NCBI GenBank assembly: GCA_947085095.1
Contig: CAMTVD010000014.1
Location: 192,001 to 256,000, forward strand
Length of the DNA: 64,000 nt
Origin: an uncultured Thermus sp.
GTDB lineage: Bacteria; Deinococcota; Deinococci; Deinococcales; Thermaceae
Direction of reading: 5' to 3'
A model generated the notes under the pieces. That model worked only from the letters and a program-made list of their open reading frames with translations. It had not been told where the DNA came from and made no database searches. Numbering within the stretch: position 1 is the stretch's first letter; the number at the start of each line of letters is the position of its first letter. A program made the position numbers and the translations under genes. Below, piece by piece: positions 10,280-20,455 of the stretch.

Positions 10280-10349
10280 GAGGGAGTATTCTAGCAAACT
10301 TTCAAAGGATTTTCACACCCCCTTTCTATGTTGGGGGAAGAGGTGGATT

Positions 10350-10898
10350 ATGGCCCTGGTGGGAAACCTCAAGGATTTACCTCTGGATGAGCTACTGCAA
10401 GCGTTGCGCTCCAGGGAAGGGGCGCTGGAGATTTGGAACGTCAAGGGGGTGGCCTCCACCACCCTTTACCTCAAGCCCGGCTACATCCGCTCCCTGGACC
10501 AGAAGGGGAAGCCCTTGCCTTCCCTGGCGGCCAAAGCGGTGCTTTTGGCCTTGCTCCAGGCGGGGGAAGGGGCCTTTGAGTTTGTCCCCGGGGCCAGACC
10601 CCCCCACAAATACCGCCTCAACTGGCCCATAGAGCGGGCCCTGCTTTCCCTGGTCACCCTCACCGATGAGATGGCCCGTCGTAAGGACCTTCCGCCCCCC
10701 GAGGCCCGCTTCCACCTGGTGAAGGCCGCGGGCCCCCTCCCCTGCCAGGACCTCCTGCAGGCCGCCTCGGACCTCCTCGCCCGGGGGGCCTCTGTGGAGG
10801 GGATCGCCAGGAGGCTTGGGGTCCCCTGGACCTACGTGGCCTTCTGCCTGCGCCGCCTGCAGGACCTGGAGGCCGTGCGCCCCACCCTGGGAGGGTAG
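10350..10898 (+). CDS. DUF4388 (PatA_N-like) domain protein with C-terminal HTH-like segment
   Basis: MALVGNLKDLPLDELLQAL...G.L...EGAFEF pattern typical of DUF4388. Confidence 0.7.
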   Translation: MALVGNLKDLPLDELLQALRSREGALEIWNVKGVASTTLYLKPGYIRSLDQKGKPLPSLAAKAVLLALLQAGEGAFEFVPGARPPHKYRLNWPIERALLSLVTLTDEMARRKDLPPPEARFHLVKAAGPLPCQDLLQAASDLLARGASVEGIARRLGVPWTYVAFCLRRLQDLEAVRPTLGG

Positions 10899-10901
10899 AC
10901 C

Positions 10902-11849
10902 GTGCGGGTGCTCTTGGTGGACGACGAGCCCCTGCAGCGCTTCCTCCTCATGCGGGCCTTGGCGCCTCTGGGGGTGGAGGTAAGCGAGGCCAGGAACGGC
11001 CAGGAGGCCCTGGACCTCCTGGCGGAAAGGCCCTACCACCTGGTCCTCACCGACCTGCACATGCCGGTGATGGACGGGCTGGAGCTCACCCGGGCCATCA
11101 AGGCCCAGGACCCCTTGCTTCCCGTCATCCTCCTCACCGCCGATGGGGAAAGGGAGGTGCGGTTGAAGGGCCTTCAGGCGGGGGCCGACGACTTCCTGAA
11201 CCGCCCCGTGGACCTCAGCGAGCTCAGGCTTCGCATCAATGGGCATTTGGAAAGGCGGCGGCTCCAGGAGGAGCTTGAGGAGCTGGAGAAAACCCTTTTC
11301 GTCCTGGTGCGGGCGGTGGAGGCCAAGGATGCCTACACCGCCGGGCACGGGGAGCGGGTGGCCCGGTACGCCCTCTTTGGTGCGGAGGAGCTGGGGGCCT
11401 CCCCTGAGGAGCTCAAGGACCTGCGCATGGGGGCTTTGCTCCACGATATCGGCAAGATCGGGATTCCCGACCATATCCTGAGGGGAGACTACCCCCTGAC
11501 CGAGGTGGAGTGGGCCCAGCTCCGCAGGCATCCGGTGCTGGGGGACGATATCCTGAAGCCCCTGAAGGCCCACCCCCGCCTCCGGCCCTACGTGCGCTGG
11601 CACCACGAGCGGCTGGACGGCTCCGGCTACCCGGATGGCCTCACCGAGGTCCCCCTCTTGGTGCAGGTGCTGAGTGCGGCGGACATCTACGACGCCCTCA
11701 CCAGCGGGCGCACCTATAGGGTGCCCCTGAAAGAGGAGGAGGCCCTCGAGGTCCTGGAGAGGGAGGCCCGGGAGGGGAGGCTCTCCCGGGAGGCGGTGCG
11801 GGCCCTAAGAAGCGGCCTCCTTCGCAACCGGGTCCTGGCCTCCCGCTAG
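10902..11849 (+). CDS. Response regulator with HD-GYP cyclic-dinucleotide phosphodiesterase domain
   Basis: REC (LVDDE, TDLHMP) plus HDIGKIG and HHERLDGSGYPDGL. Confidence 0.9.
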   Translation: MRVLLVDDEPLQRFLLMRALAPLGVEVSEARNGQEALDLLAERPYHLVLTDLHMPVMDGLELTRAIKAQDPLLPVILLTADGEREVRLKGLQAGADDFLNRPVDLSELRLRINGHLERRRLQEELEELEKTLFVLVRAVEAKDAYTAGHGERVARYALFGAEELGASPEELKDLRMGALLHDIGKIGIPDHILRGDYPLTEVEWAQLRRHPVLGDDILKPLKAHPRLRPYVRWHHERLDGSGYPDGLTEVPLLVQVLSAADIYDALTSGRTYRVPLKEEEALEVLEREAREGRLSREAVRALRSGLLRNRVLASR

Positions 11850-13651
11850 CCCCGCTTCAGGTCCCCCAAGCCGTATTCCTCCCACCGGGCCTCCACCAGG
11901 ACCTTCACCCTGGGGTCCATTTGGATCCGCTCCGGCCAGACCCGGGTGAAGCCCTCCTCGGGAAGCTTGCGGGTGCCGTCCAGGACCAGGACCGGCCCCT
12001 CCACCCCCGGCATGACCCGGGCATCCCGCTCGGGGTCTATGTTGTTGAGGACGGCCCAGAGGAGCTCCTCCGGGGTGAGGGCGGTGTCGGGGTCGGCGAG
12101 GAGCAGAAGCCTGATCCCGGCGCTTTCCGGGTGCCTAAGAAGCCTCTCTGCCAGGGCGAAGGCCTGGAAGGGGCGCTCCTTCCTGAGGGCCACTCCCCAG
12201 ACCCCGGGCCACTGCCGCTGGGCCAGAGCCTCGGGCTCCTGGGGGAGGTGGGCGTGGGCCCTGGGGGTGAAGGGGACTTCCCCTCCCTCCTCGGGGAGCT
12301 TCCGGGTGCCGTCTATAAGGAGCTTCCCCCCATAAGCGAAGGCCCGGGAGCTGTGGTCCAGCACGTCCATGGGGCCCCGAAGGAGGAGGGTGTCCCGCCC
12401 GGGGAGGGCGTGGAGAAGGGCCTTTTGCAGGGCGGAGAATCCCGGCTTCAGGGGCTCCCCCTCGTCCACGGCCACGATGACCTTGGCGAACATCATCTGC
12501 CCCAGGCCCAGCATCCCGTAGGCCACCTTGTAGGCCTGGCCGGGGAACTCCTTCCTTAGGGCCACATTCACCCAGTTGTGGGCCACCCCCTCGGGGGGCA
12601 TGTGGTAGTCGGCGATCTCGGGAAGGACCAGGCGCAGGGCGGGGAGGAAGAGCCTCTCCGTGGCCTCAATGAGGTAGGCGTCCTCCATGGGGGGTACCCC
12701 CACGATGGTGGCGGGGTAGATGGCCCCCTGGCGGTGGGTGATGGCGGTCACGTGGAAGCGGGGGTAGAGGTCTATGGGGGTGTAAAAACCCGTGTGGTCC
12801 CCGAAGGGGCCTTCCTCCACCAGGGGTTCCTCGGGGTCTATGTACCCCTCCAGAACGATCTCCGCCTCCGCGGGCACCGGCAGGTCCACGGTGACCCCCT
12901 GGGCCAGTTCCACGGGGGCGCCGCGGAGGAAGCCCGCCAGGTGGAACTCGCTCACCCCGGGCAGGGGAGGGAGGGGGGCGGTGGCGGCGTAGGTGAGGAC
13001 CGGGTCCCCCCCCAGGGCCACGGCCACCGGGAGCTTTTGGCCGAGCTTCCTGGCCTTCTCCAGGTGGCGGCGGCCCACCTTGTGGAGTTGCCAGTGCATG
13101 GCGGTGCTCCTCCTGTCCAGAACCTGCATCCGGTACATGCCCAGGTTGAGCTCCCCCGTCTCCGGGTCCTTGGTGATGACCAGGGGGAGGGTGATAAAAG
13201 GCCCCCCGTCCAGGGGCCAGCACTTGAGGACGGGAAGCCGGGTGAGGTCCACCGCCTCCCCCTTGAGCACCACCTCCTGGACCGGGGCCCTCCTGACCCG
13301 CCTGGGGAAGAAGCCCTTTAGCAGGGGGAGTTTGGGGAGGAGGCCCATGAGGGCGGAAAGCCCGCCTTTGCCCGCCTTCAGGTCCAAGAGGCGCTCCACT
13401 TTGCGGGCGAGGTCGTCCAGTTCCCCCACCCCCAGGGCGAAGGCCGTCCGCTCCCGGGTGCCGAAAAGCCCAATGGCCACGGGGAAGTCCTTGCCCACCA
13501 CCCGCTCAAAGAGGAGGGCGGGCCCCCCCGACTTCACCATCCGGTCGGCGATCTCGGTGATCTCCAGCTCGGCGCTTACGGGCACCCTGACCCGCTTGAG
13601 CTCACCCCGCTTTTCCAAGGCCTCCAGGTAGGCCCTCAGGTTCCTGAACAC
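11846..13651 (-). CDS. UbiD-family decarboxylase (menaquinone futalosine-pathway type)
   Basis: NLGMYRMQ, EGPFGDHTGFY, PPMED motifs. Confidence 0.88.
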   Translation of the reverse strand: MFRNLRAYLEALEKRGELKRVRVPVSAELEITEIADRMVKSGGPALLFERVVGKDFPVAIGLFGTRERTAFALGVGELDDLARKVERLLDLKAGKGGLSALMGLLPKLPLLKGFFPRRVRRAPVQEVVLKGEAVDLTRLPVLKCWPLDGGPFITLPLVITKDPETGELNLGMYRMQVLDRRSTAMHWQLHKVGRRHLEKARKLGQKLPVAVALGGDPVLTYAATAPLPPLPGVSEFHLAGFLRGAPVELAQGVTVDLPVPAEAEIVLEGYIDPEEPLVEEGPFGDHTGFYTPIDLYPRFHVTAITHRQGAIYPATIVGVPPMEDAYLIEATERLFLPALRLVLPEIADYHMPPEGVAHNWVNVALRKEFPGQAYKVAYGMLGLGQMMFAKVIVAVDEGEPLKPGFSALQKALLHALPGRDTLLLRGPMDVLDHSSRAFAYGGKLLIDGTRKLPEEGGEVPFTPRAHAHLPQEPEALAQRQWPGVWGVALRKERPFQAFALAERLLRHPESAGIRLLLLADPDTALTPEELLWAVLNNIDPERDARVMPGVEGPVLVLDGTRKLPEEGFTRVWPERIQMDPRVKVLVEARWEEYGLGDLKRG

Positions 13652-13694
13652 GCCCCTAAGCTTACCGGAAGGGAGGAGGGGGACGGGTTTAGGG

Positions 13695-14033
13695 CTACAC
13701 TTCCAGGACCAGGTGCTCCAGGTGGAAGGCCTTGGGGCTGCCGTGGACCAGGACGGCCTCGAGGCGCACGGGGAGGTCGTCCCGCCCCAGGAGGAAGCGG
13801 GCGCTCTTGAGGAGGCGCGCCACTTTCCTGGGGGTGATGGCCTCCAAAGGGGTACCGAAGGCGGCCGAACCCCTTTGCTTCACCTCCACCACCACGTAGA
13901 CCCCGTCTTTCTCCAGGAAGAGGTCCACCTCGCCGAAGGGGGTGCGGCGGTTTTTCCAGAGGAGGCGGTAGCCCTCTTCCAGGAGGTGCCTTAGGGCCAC
14001 CTCCTCCGCCCAGCGGCCCTTCAGGGTGCCCAT
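13695..14033 (-). CDS. YraN (UPF0102) family endonuclease-like protein
   Basis: G...E, GEVDL, VEVKQR, EAITPRK. Confidence 0.88.
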   Translation of the reverse strand: MGTLKGRWAEEVALRHLLEEGYRLLWKNRRTPFGEVDLFLEKDGVYVVVEVKQRGSAAFGTPLEAITPRKVARLLKSARFLLGRDDLPVRLEAVLVHGSPKAFHLEHLVLEV

Positions 14034-15355
14034 TCCTGGTAAAGCTCCCCGTCCAGGTAGAGGCGGAAGCGGGCCTCCCCCTGGACCCTGTAACCGCCCT
14101 CCAGCCTCAGCCCTTCCTGGCCTGGCCCCTCGTAGACCACCTGCTCCCCCCTCTCGTCCAGGAGCACCAGGCGCACCTGGCGTCCCGTGGCCTCTGGGGG
14201 CAGGTTCAGGGCCAGGTGGACGGTGCGTCCCTGGGGCTCGGGGGGCGAGGGGGGAGCGGGAGGGAGAAGGACCTCCCCCCGCACCGCCACCCGGATCCGC
14301 ACCCCGCCCCCTGGGGGCATGGGGGTCCCCGGGGCGGGGTCCTGGGCCAGGACCAGGCCCCCGGGGGCCCCGGAGGGCACCTCCTCCACCTGGGTCTGGA
14401 GCCCGGCGGCGTTGAGGAGGAAAAGGGCTTCCTCTCGGAAAAGCCCCGTGAGCTTGGGCAGGGGAACGGTGGCCCCGGTTCCCTGCCCCTGGGAAAGAAG
14501 GAGGCGCACCCCGCTTCCCGGGGGCATGGGGGTTCCCGGGGGCGGATCGCTACCCAGGACCACCCCTAAGGCCTCGGGGCTTTCCACCCAGGCCTTCTTC
14601 TCTACCCGAAGGCCCAGCTCCCTGAGCCTGGCTTCCGCGTCCTCTTCCCTGAGGCCCTGGAGGTTGGGCAGGGGGTTGAGGCGGGCCTGGTTGAGGACGA
14701 GGCGCACGGTGCGCCCCTCCCTCAGCCGGGTGCCGGGAGGGGGTTCCTGGGCCAGGACCACCTCCTTGGGCTTGGTGGGGTCGTTGCCCTCGGCCACCTC
14801 GAGGGCCAGCCCCGTGTCCTTGAGGAGCAGAAAGGCCTCCCGGGCCGTCTTGCCCACCAGGTCGGGGACGGGGTACTCCGGGGGGTTGAGGTAGCGGTAA
14901 AGCCCTTGGGCAAATAGCCAAAGGCCTAGGGCCAGGAGGAGAAGGCCAGGGGCCACCCCGAGGAGGCGGTTCCGGCCCTTGCCCCTCACCCGGTGCTCCC
15001 CCTCCAGGGGCCAGGGGGAGAGGTAGGCCACCCCCTCCTCGGCCATGGCCAGGTGTTCCCGGCCAAAGCCCAGGGGGGCCAGGGCGGCCAGGGCCTCCTT
15101 GGGGGGGGCTTTGCGGGAGCCGCTCTTTTCCGGAAAGAAGACGTAATGCCGCCCGGGTTTTGCCGAGATGTGGGCCTCCAGAAGCCCCAGTTCCTGCAGG
15201 CGGCGCACCGCGGCCCTGTAGCGGTAGAAGCGCTCCTTGTCCTCGGGGGTCTTGACCTCAAAGAAGAAAACCCACCCCCCCTCCACCCGGTAAAGGGTAG
15301 TGCCCCCCTGGGCCTTTAGGGTCTCCAGCACCGGGTAGCGGTCATCCAAGAGCAT
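14021..15355 (-). CDS. PASTA-repeat membrane protein
   Basis: One TM helix, three PASTA repeats (VPDLVG, LPNLQG, LPKLTG...V.AQ.P.PG). Confidence 0.85.
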   Translation of the reverse strand: MLLDDRYPVLETLKAQGGTTLYRVEGGWVFFFEVKTPEDKERFYRYRAAVRRLQELGLLEAHISAKPGRHYVFFPEKSGSRKAPPKEALAALAPLGFGREHLAMAEEGVAYLSPWPLEGEHRVRGKGRNRLLGVAPGLLLLALGLWLFAQGLYRYLNPPEYPVPDLVGKTAREAFLLLKDTGLALEVAEGNDPTKPKEVVLAQEPPPGTRLREGRTVRLVLNQARLNPLPNLQGLREEDAEARLRELGLRVEKKAWVESPEALGVVLGSDPPPGTPMPPGSGVRLLLSQGQGTGATVPLPKLTGLFREEALFLLNAAGLQTQVEEVPSGAPGGLVLAQDPAPGTPMPPGGGVRIRVAVRGEVLLPPAPPSPPEPQGRTVHLALNLPPEATGRQVRLVLLDERGEQVVYEGPGQEGLRLEGGYRVQGEARFRLYLDGELYQEWAP

Positions 15356-15400
15356 GCGCCGCCGATTATACCTCCTTCCCCACCTTATACTCAGGGTGGT

Positions 15401-15943
15401 ATGTGGGATGTCCTGGTGGTGGGCGGGGGGCCTTCGGGCCTCTCCGCCGCTTTGTTCCTGACCCGGGCGGGCCTGCGGGTGTTGGTTTTGGATGGCGGCC
15501 GTTCCCAGGTCTTGCAGGTAAGCCGGGTTCCCAACTATCCCGGGCTTTTGGAGGAGCCCTCGGGAGAGGAGCTTTTGGAGCGCCTAAAAGAGCACGCCCG
15601 CCGCTACGGGGCGGAGGTCCGCCCTGGGGTGGTGAAAGGGGTGCGGGACATGGGCGGGGTCTTTGAGGTGGAGACGGAGGGGGGGGTGGAGGAGGCGGAA
15701 AGGCTTCTCCTCTGCACCCACAAGGACCCCACCCTCCCCTCCCTCCTGGGCCTGGCCCGTAAAGGTGTCTTCATAGACACCGACGAAGGGGGGCGGACCA
15801 GCTACCCCCGGGTCTACGCCGCCGGCGTGGCCCGGGGCAAGGTGCCAGGCCACGCCATCGTGAGTGCGGGGGACGGGGCCTACGTGGCCGTGCACCTGGT
15901 CTCCGACCTGCGGGGCGAACCCTACAAGGACCACGCTAAGTAA
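15401..15943 (+). CDS. Short thioredoxin-reductase-related FAD-binding protein
   Basis: VVGGGPSG, NYPG, TSYPRVYAAG, AIVSAGDG; only 180 aa. Confidence 0.8.
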   Translation: MWDVLVVGGGPSGLSAALFLTRAGLRVLVLDGGRSQVLQVSRVPNYPGLLEEPSGEELLERLKEHARRYGAEVRPGVVKGVRDMGGVFEVETEGGVEEAERLLLCTHKDPTLPSLLGLARKGVFIDTDEGGRTSYPRVYAAGVARGKVPGHAIVSAGDGAYVAVHLVSDLRGEPYKDHAK

Positions 15944-15964
15944 CCGGTCCCTTTCCCGGGGCCT

Positions 15965-16735
15965 TTAAACGGGCCTTCCCGCCATCATGAAGCTGCTGGT
16001 CATCCCCCCGTCCACGGGGAGGACGGCCCCGGTGACGAAGCTGGCCTTCTCCGAGGCCAGGAAGAGGACCGCCTCCGCCACCTCCTCGGGCCTTCCCAGC
16101 CGCCTTAGGGCGTGGAGGTCCTCCCAGTCCCGCCGGGTCCTTTCCGGGTCCTCGGAGAGGAGGAGGGCCTCGAGGACCGCCTCCGTGGCGATGGCCCCCG
16201 GGGCCACGGCGTTCACCCGGATGCCCAGGGGGGCCAGGTCCAGGGCCAGGGAGCGGGTCAGGTTCACCAGCCCCCCTTTGGAGGCGTTGTAGGCGGCGTT
16301 TTCCTGTTCGGCGAAAAGCCCCTGGACGCTGGCCACGTTCACAATGGCCCCGCCCCCCACCTTGCGCATCTCCCGGGCGGCCAGGGCGGAAAGGTGCATG
16401 GGGGCGGTGAGGTTCACCTCCAGCACCCTGCGCCAGGCGGATAGGGGCACGGTGAGGGCCGAGCCGGGGGCGGAGATGGCGGCGTTGTTGACCAGCACGT
16501 CCACCCGCCCCAGGGCGTGGGCGGCCTCCTCCACAAAGCGCACCCGGTCCCGCTCCTCAGCCAGGTCGGCCTGGACGAAGAACCCGCCGATGGCCTCCGC
16601 CACCTCCCGTCCCTCAGGCCTCAGGTCACAAAGGGCCACCAAGGCCCCCTCCCGGGCGAAGGCCTGGGCGATGGCCCGGCCGATGCCCCGGGCCGCCCCG
16701 GTGACCAGCACCCCTCTTCCTTCAAAGAGCCCCAT
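15965..16735 (-). CDS. SDR-family oxidoreductase
   Basis: [21 protein letters not shown]. Confidence 0.92.
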   Translation of the reverse strand: MGLFEGRGVLVTGAARGIGRAIAQAFAREGALVALCDLRPEGREVAEAIGGFFVQADLAEERDRVRFVEEAAHALGRVDVLVNNAAISAPGSALTVPLSAWRRVLEVNLTAPMHLSALAAREMRKVGGGAIVNVASVQGLFAEQENAAYNASKGGLVNLTRSLALDLAPLGIRVNAVAPGAIATEAVLEALLLSEDPERTRRDWEDLHALRRLGRPEEVAEAVLFLASEKASFVTGAVLPVDGGMTSSFMMAGRPV

Positions 16736-16739
16736 GCCC

Positions 16740-17867
16740 CTAGCTTACGAGCCTGGGGTCCAGGGCCTGGGCCACCTTGTCTGGGGGCAGGGCACCCTGA
16801 ACCACCTCCTTCCCCCCGCCCTTGCCCCCCAGGGCCTTGAGGGCGGCGAGGACCTGTTCCCTCCCCGGCCCCAGGAGGGCGAAGCGCCCCTCGGGGGAGA
16901 GGAGGAGGAAGGTCTTTTCGCTCCAGGCGAGGAGCTTCTTGGCCAGCTCGGGGAGGACGGGGGCGGGGACCAAAAGGACCCTCTCCTCCAGGGCCCGGGG
17001 CAGAAGGGCCTCCACCAGGGCCTCCTTGAGGGCCAGGTTCTCCCCCTTGAGGGCGTGGACCTCCTCCTGGAGCTTCTTTATGGGCTTTTCCAGGTCCAGG
17101 GCGCTCGTGGAGAAGGCCAGGGCCAGGCGGGAGAGGAGGGCGTGTTTGGCGTGGTAGTCCTCGAGGGCCTCCCACCCCGCCAGGAAGTAGATCCGGGTAC
17201 CCCCTTTGTAGCGCTCCCACTTCTGCACCTTGATGGGCCCGGCCTGGGCGCTGGTCCTCAGGTGGGTACCCCCGCAGGCCGCCAGGTCAAAGTCCCCGAT
17301 CCTGACCAGGCGCACTTCTCCCTGGACCCTGGGGGGGCGGCGGAGGGGGTAGTGGGCCAGCTCCTCCTCGCTCACGAAGAAGGCCTCCACCGGGTAGTCG
17401 GCGTAGACGGCGAAGGCCGCCAGGGCCTCGGCCTCCCGTATCTTGGCCTCTTCCGCCTCCTCCTCGAGGTCTACCGTGCAAAGGGGGGAGTCCAGGCTCA
17501 CCGCCACCGTGTGGTACCCCCCGGCCCGGAGGAGGGCCTGGGAGAGGATGTGCTGGGCGGTGTGGCGCTGCATGTGGTGGAAGCGCCTTTTCCAGTCAAT
17601 CTCCCCCTCCACCTCCTCCCCCTCGGGGATGGGGGCGGAGAGGAGGTGGACCACGTCCCCGAAGGCCTTCTCCTCCTCGTAGGCGTGGAGGACCTGCACC
17701 TCGCCAAAAGCTCCCCTCAGGACCCCGGTGTCCGCGGGCTGGCCCCCAGACTCGGGGTAGAAGAGGGTCTGGGATAAGACGGCGTGGTGGCCCTTCTCAT
17801 CGCTCCAGGCCCTTTCCACCCGGGCCTGGAAGCGGGTGGCGTAGCTGTCCAGCTGGTAGAGCCTCAT
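16740..17867 (-). CDS. AlaX-type aminoacyl-tRNA editing protein with DHHA1-like tail
   Basis: [34 protein letters not shown] 17867. Confidence 0.88.
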   Translation of the reverse strand: MRLYQLDSYATRFQARVERAWSDEKGHHAVLSQTLFYPESGGQPADTGVLRGAFGEVQVLHAYEEEKAFGDVVHLLSAPIPEGEEVEGEIDWKRRFHHMQRHTAQHILSQALLRAGGYHTVAVSLDSPLCTVDLEEEAEEAKIREAEALAAFAVYADYPVEAFFVSEEELAHYPLRRPPRVQGEVRLVRIGDFDLAACGGTHLRTSAQAGPIKVQKWERYKGGTRIYFLAGWEALEDYHAKHALLSRLALAFSTSALDLEKPIKKLQEEVHALKGENLALKEALVEALLPRALEERVLLVPAPVLPELAKKLLAWSEKTFLLLSPEGRFALLGPGREQVLAALKALGGKGGGKEVVQGALPPDKVAQALDPRLVS

Positions 17868-17885
17868 CCCTTTAGGATAAGGAGG

Positions 17886-18293
17886 ATGGTGCCCTTGGAC
17901 CGGGAGGAGTTCGGCCGCTGGCTTTCCCAGGCCCGGCACACCCTGGGCTCCGCCAAAAGGGATGCCGAGGAGGGGGACTACGACTGGGCCGCCTTCAAAG
18001 CCCAGCAGGCGGCGGAGTATGCCCTGAAGGGTCTTCTTAGGGGGCTAGGCCGCCCCGCCTACGGCCACGCCCTTTCCCGGCTTTTAGAGGGTTTGCGAGA
18101 GGCGGGGGTGGAGGTTCCCGAGACCCTTCTTGAGGCGGCCAAGGAGCTGGACCTCCACTACATCCCCGCCCGCTACCCTGACGCCTACCCCGAGGGAAGC
18201 CCCCATCTCTACTACACGGCCAAGCGGGCCTCCGAGGCTTTGGAGGCGGCGGAGGCCATTTTGGCCTGGGTGGAGGGGCTTTATGCTCCATGA
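17886..18293 (+). CDS. HEPN-domain protein (HEPN-MNT pair)
   Basis: W...A...L..A......G.Y.WAAF.AQQAAE.ALK, HALSRL, YIPARYP. Confidence 0.85.
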   Translation: MVPLDREEFGRWLSQARHTLGSAKRDAEEGDYDWAAFKAQQAAEYALKGLLRGLGRPAYGHALSRLLEGLREAGVEVPETLLEAAKELDLHYIPARYPDAYPEGSPHLYYTAKRASEALEAAEAILAWVEGLYAP

Positions 18294-18612
18294 GGCCCTG
18301 AGGCGGAGGCAGGCGGAATGGGAGGCCCTCCTGGAGGAGGCCAGGGCCTACGCCCATAGGGTACGGGAGGCTTTAGGGGAGGCCAGGGTCTATCTCTTTG
18401 GCTCCGTGGCCCGGGGGGAGTTCAACCTGGAAAGCGACATAGATCTTCTGGTGGTTTCTCCTCACCTGCCCCAAGATCCCTTGGAACGCCTCGCCCTTCT
18501 CCACCGCCTCGGGGGGGGTCGGGTGGAGCCCCGGGGCCTCCTGCCGGAGGAGTTCGCTAAGCTAGAGGCCAAGGGGGCTCTCTGGTGGCTGGAAGACGCG
18601 CGGGAGCTGTGA
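18283..18612 (+). CDS. Minimal nucleotidyltransferase (MNT)
   Basis: LFGSVARGE...SDIDLLVV motif; ATG 18283 overlaps the HEPN 3' end. Confidence 0.88.
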   Translation: MLHEALRRRQAEWEALLEEARAYAHRVREALGEARVYLFGSVARGEFNLESDIDLLVVSPHLPQDPLERLALLHRLGGGRVEPRGLLPEEFAKLEAKGALWWLEDAREL

Positions 18613-19319
18613 GGGGAGAAAGGCTGGACAAGCTCCTGGCCAGGCTCGGCCTGGGAAGCCGCAAGGAGGTGGGGCGGCTCATCCGCTCCGGGAAGGTGCG
18701 CGTGGGAGGCGAGGTGATTCTGGACCCCAGTTTCCACGTGCCGGAGGGGATCGGGCTGGAGGTGGAGGGGAAGCCCCTTTCCGTGCGCCGCCATTTCCAC
18801 CTTCTCCTCCACAAACCCGCGGGGTACGTGACCAGCCGCAAGGAGGGCCCCTCCGTCTACGCCCTCCTCGAGGGTTTCCCCACCCGGGACCTCTCCCCCG
18901 TGGGCCGGCTGGACAAGGACACCGAGGGCCTCCTCCTCTTCACCACCCACGGGGAGCTCCTCCACCGCCTCACCCACCCCCGGCACAAGGTGGAAAAGCG
19001 CTACCTGGTCCGCCTCCTCTACCCGGCCACGGAGGAGGACAGGCGAGCCTTCCAGGAGGGCATCCTGCTGGACGGGGAAAGGACGCTTCCCGCAAGGCTT
19101 TACCTGGGCGAGGACCCCACCCTGGTGGAGCTGGTCCTTTGGCAGGGCCGCTTCCACCAGGTGAAGCGCATGTTCCAGGCCCGGGGCAACCAGGTGATCT
19201 ACCTCAAGCGCCTCTCCCTGGGGCCCCTCACCCTGGGGGACCTTCCCCTAGGCGGGGTTCGCCCCCTAACGCCGGAGGAGGAGGCGGCCCTTTACCGGAC
19301 GGTGGGGCTTGGCCCTTGA
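18609..19319 (+). CDS. RsuA/RluB-family pseudouridine synthase with S4 domain
   Basis: RLDKLLA S4 start, HKPAGY, VGRLDKDTEGLLL, GRFHQVKRMF. Confidence 0.9.
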   Translation: MRGERLDKLLARLGLGSRKEVGRLIRSGKVRVGGEVILDPSFHVPEGIGLEVEGKPLSVRRHFHLLLHKPAGYVTSRKEGPSVYALLEGFPTRDLSPVGRLDKDTEGLLLFTTHGELLHRLTHPRHKVEKRYLVRLLYPATEEDRRAFQEGILLDGERTLPARLYLGEDPTLVELVLWQGRFHQVKRMFQARGNQVIYLKRLSLGPLTLGDLPLGGVRPLTPEEEAALYRTVGLGP

Positions 19320-19366
19320 GGTGTTTTTCACACCGCTTTTGCAAAGGGCGTGGTACCCTCCCCTTC

Positions 19367-20455
19367 ATGAGGCGCCTTCTGGCCCTGGCGCTCCTCCTGG
19401 GCTTGGCCTGGGGGCAGGGGGATCCGGCGCCTTTGGAAGCCCTTCTGGTTCTCCAGGAGGAAGTCATTGAGGAAGGGGCGCTTCGCACCTACACCGGGGT
19501 TCAGCGCTACCCCGTGGCCTCGGAGGAGGAGCTTAGGGCCCTCCTGAAGAAGCTCTCCCGCGAGCCCCGCCCGCCCCGCTTCGTTTACGGGGAAGGCCGG
19601 TGGCGGGGGGTGGAGAAGAAGGGCCTAGCCTTTGACGAGGAGGAGGCCTTGGCCGCCTACCGGCAGGCCTTGGCCCAGGGAAGGAGAAGCTTCCGCCTGC
19701 CCGTCCGCTACACCCCGCCCACCCCCAGCCTGAGGGACCTCTACGCCTTAGGGGTGCGGGAGCACCTGGCCACGGGGGAGACGGACTTCCGGGGCTCCAG
19801 CCGGGCCAGGCTCCACAACCTCCTCCTGGCCAGTAGCAGGCTGGACGGCCTCCTCATCCCCCCCGGCCGCTTCTCCTTCAACCGGGCCCTGGGGCCCGTC
19901 ACCCAGGAGGCGGGGTACCAGGAGGCCTTCGTGATCGTGGGGGACAGGACGGAGCAGGGGGTGGGGGGCGGGGTCTGCCAGGTGTCCACCACCCTATTCA
20001 GGGCCTTCTTCTTCGCGGGCCTCCCCATCCTGGAGCGCCACGCCCACAGCTACCAGGTGGCCTACTACCAGCCCACGGGGCTGGACGCCGCCGTCATCGC
20101 CCCTTACAGGGACCTGAAGGTCCTGAACGACACCCCGGGGCACATCCTGGTGCAGCGCTCCGTGGTGGGAACGAGGCTCCGCTTCCACCTCTTCGGCACC
20201 AAGGACCGGGAGGTGCGCTACGAAGGGCCCTTCATCACCGACCGTAAGCCCCCCCTTCCCCCGCGGGAGATCCTGGACCCCACCTTGCCCCCGGGGGCGC
20301 GCAAGCAGGTGGACTTCGCCGCCGAGGGGGCCCGGGTGGAGTGGCGGCGCCTGGTCCGCTACCAAGACGGCAGGGTGCGGGAGGACAAGGTGGTGAGCCT
20401 CTACCGCCCCTGGGGGGCGGTCTACCTGGTGGGGCCTAGGCGGGAAGCTCCATAA
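19367..20455 (+). CDS. VanW-family protein with G5-like C-terminus
   Basis: Signal peptide; FSFN, GGGVCQVSTTLF, ERHAHS, GLDAAV. Confidence 0.88.
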   Translation: MRRLLALALLLGLAWGQGDPAPLEALLVLQEEVIEEGALRTYTGVQRYPVASEEELRALLKKLSREPRPPRFVYGEGRWRGVEKKGLAFDEEEALAAYRQALAQGRRSFRLPVRYTPPTPSLRDLYALGVREHLATGETDFRGSSRARLHNLLLASSRLDGLLIPPGRFSFNRALGPVTQEAGYQEAFVIVGDRTEQGVGGGVCQVSTTLFRAFFFAGLPILERHAHSYQVAYYQPTGLDAAVIAPYRDLKVLNDTPGHILVQRSVVGTRLRFHLFGTKDREVRYEGPFITDRKPPLPPREILDPTLPPGARKQVDFAAEGARVEWRRLVRYQDGRVREDKVVSLYRPWGAVYLVGPRREAP

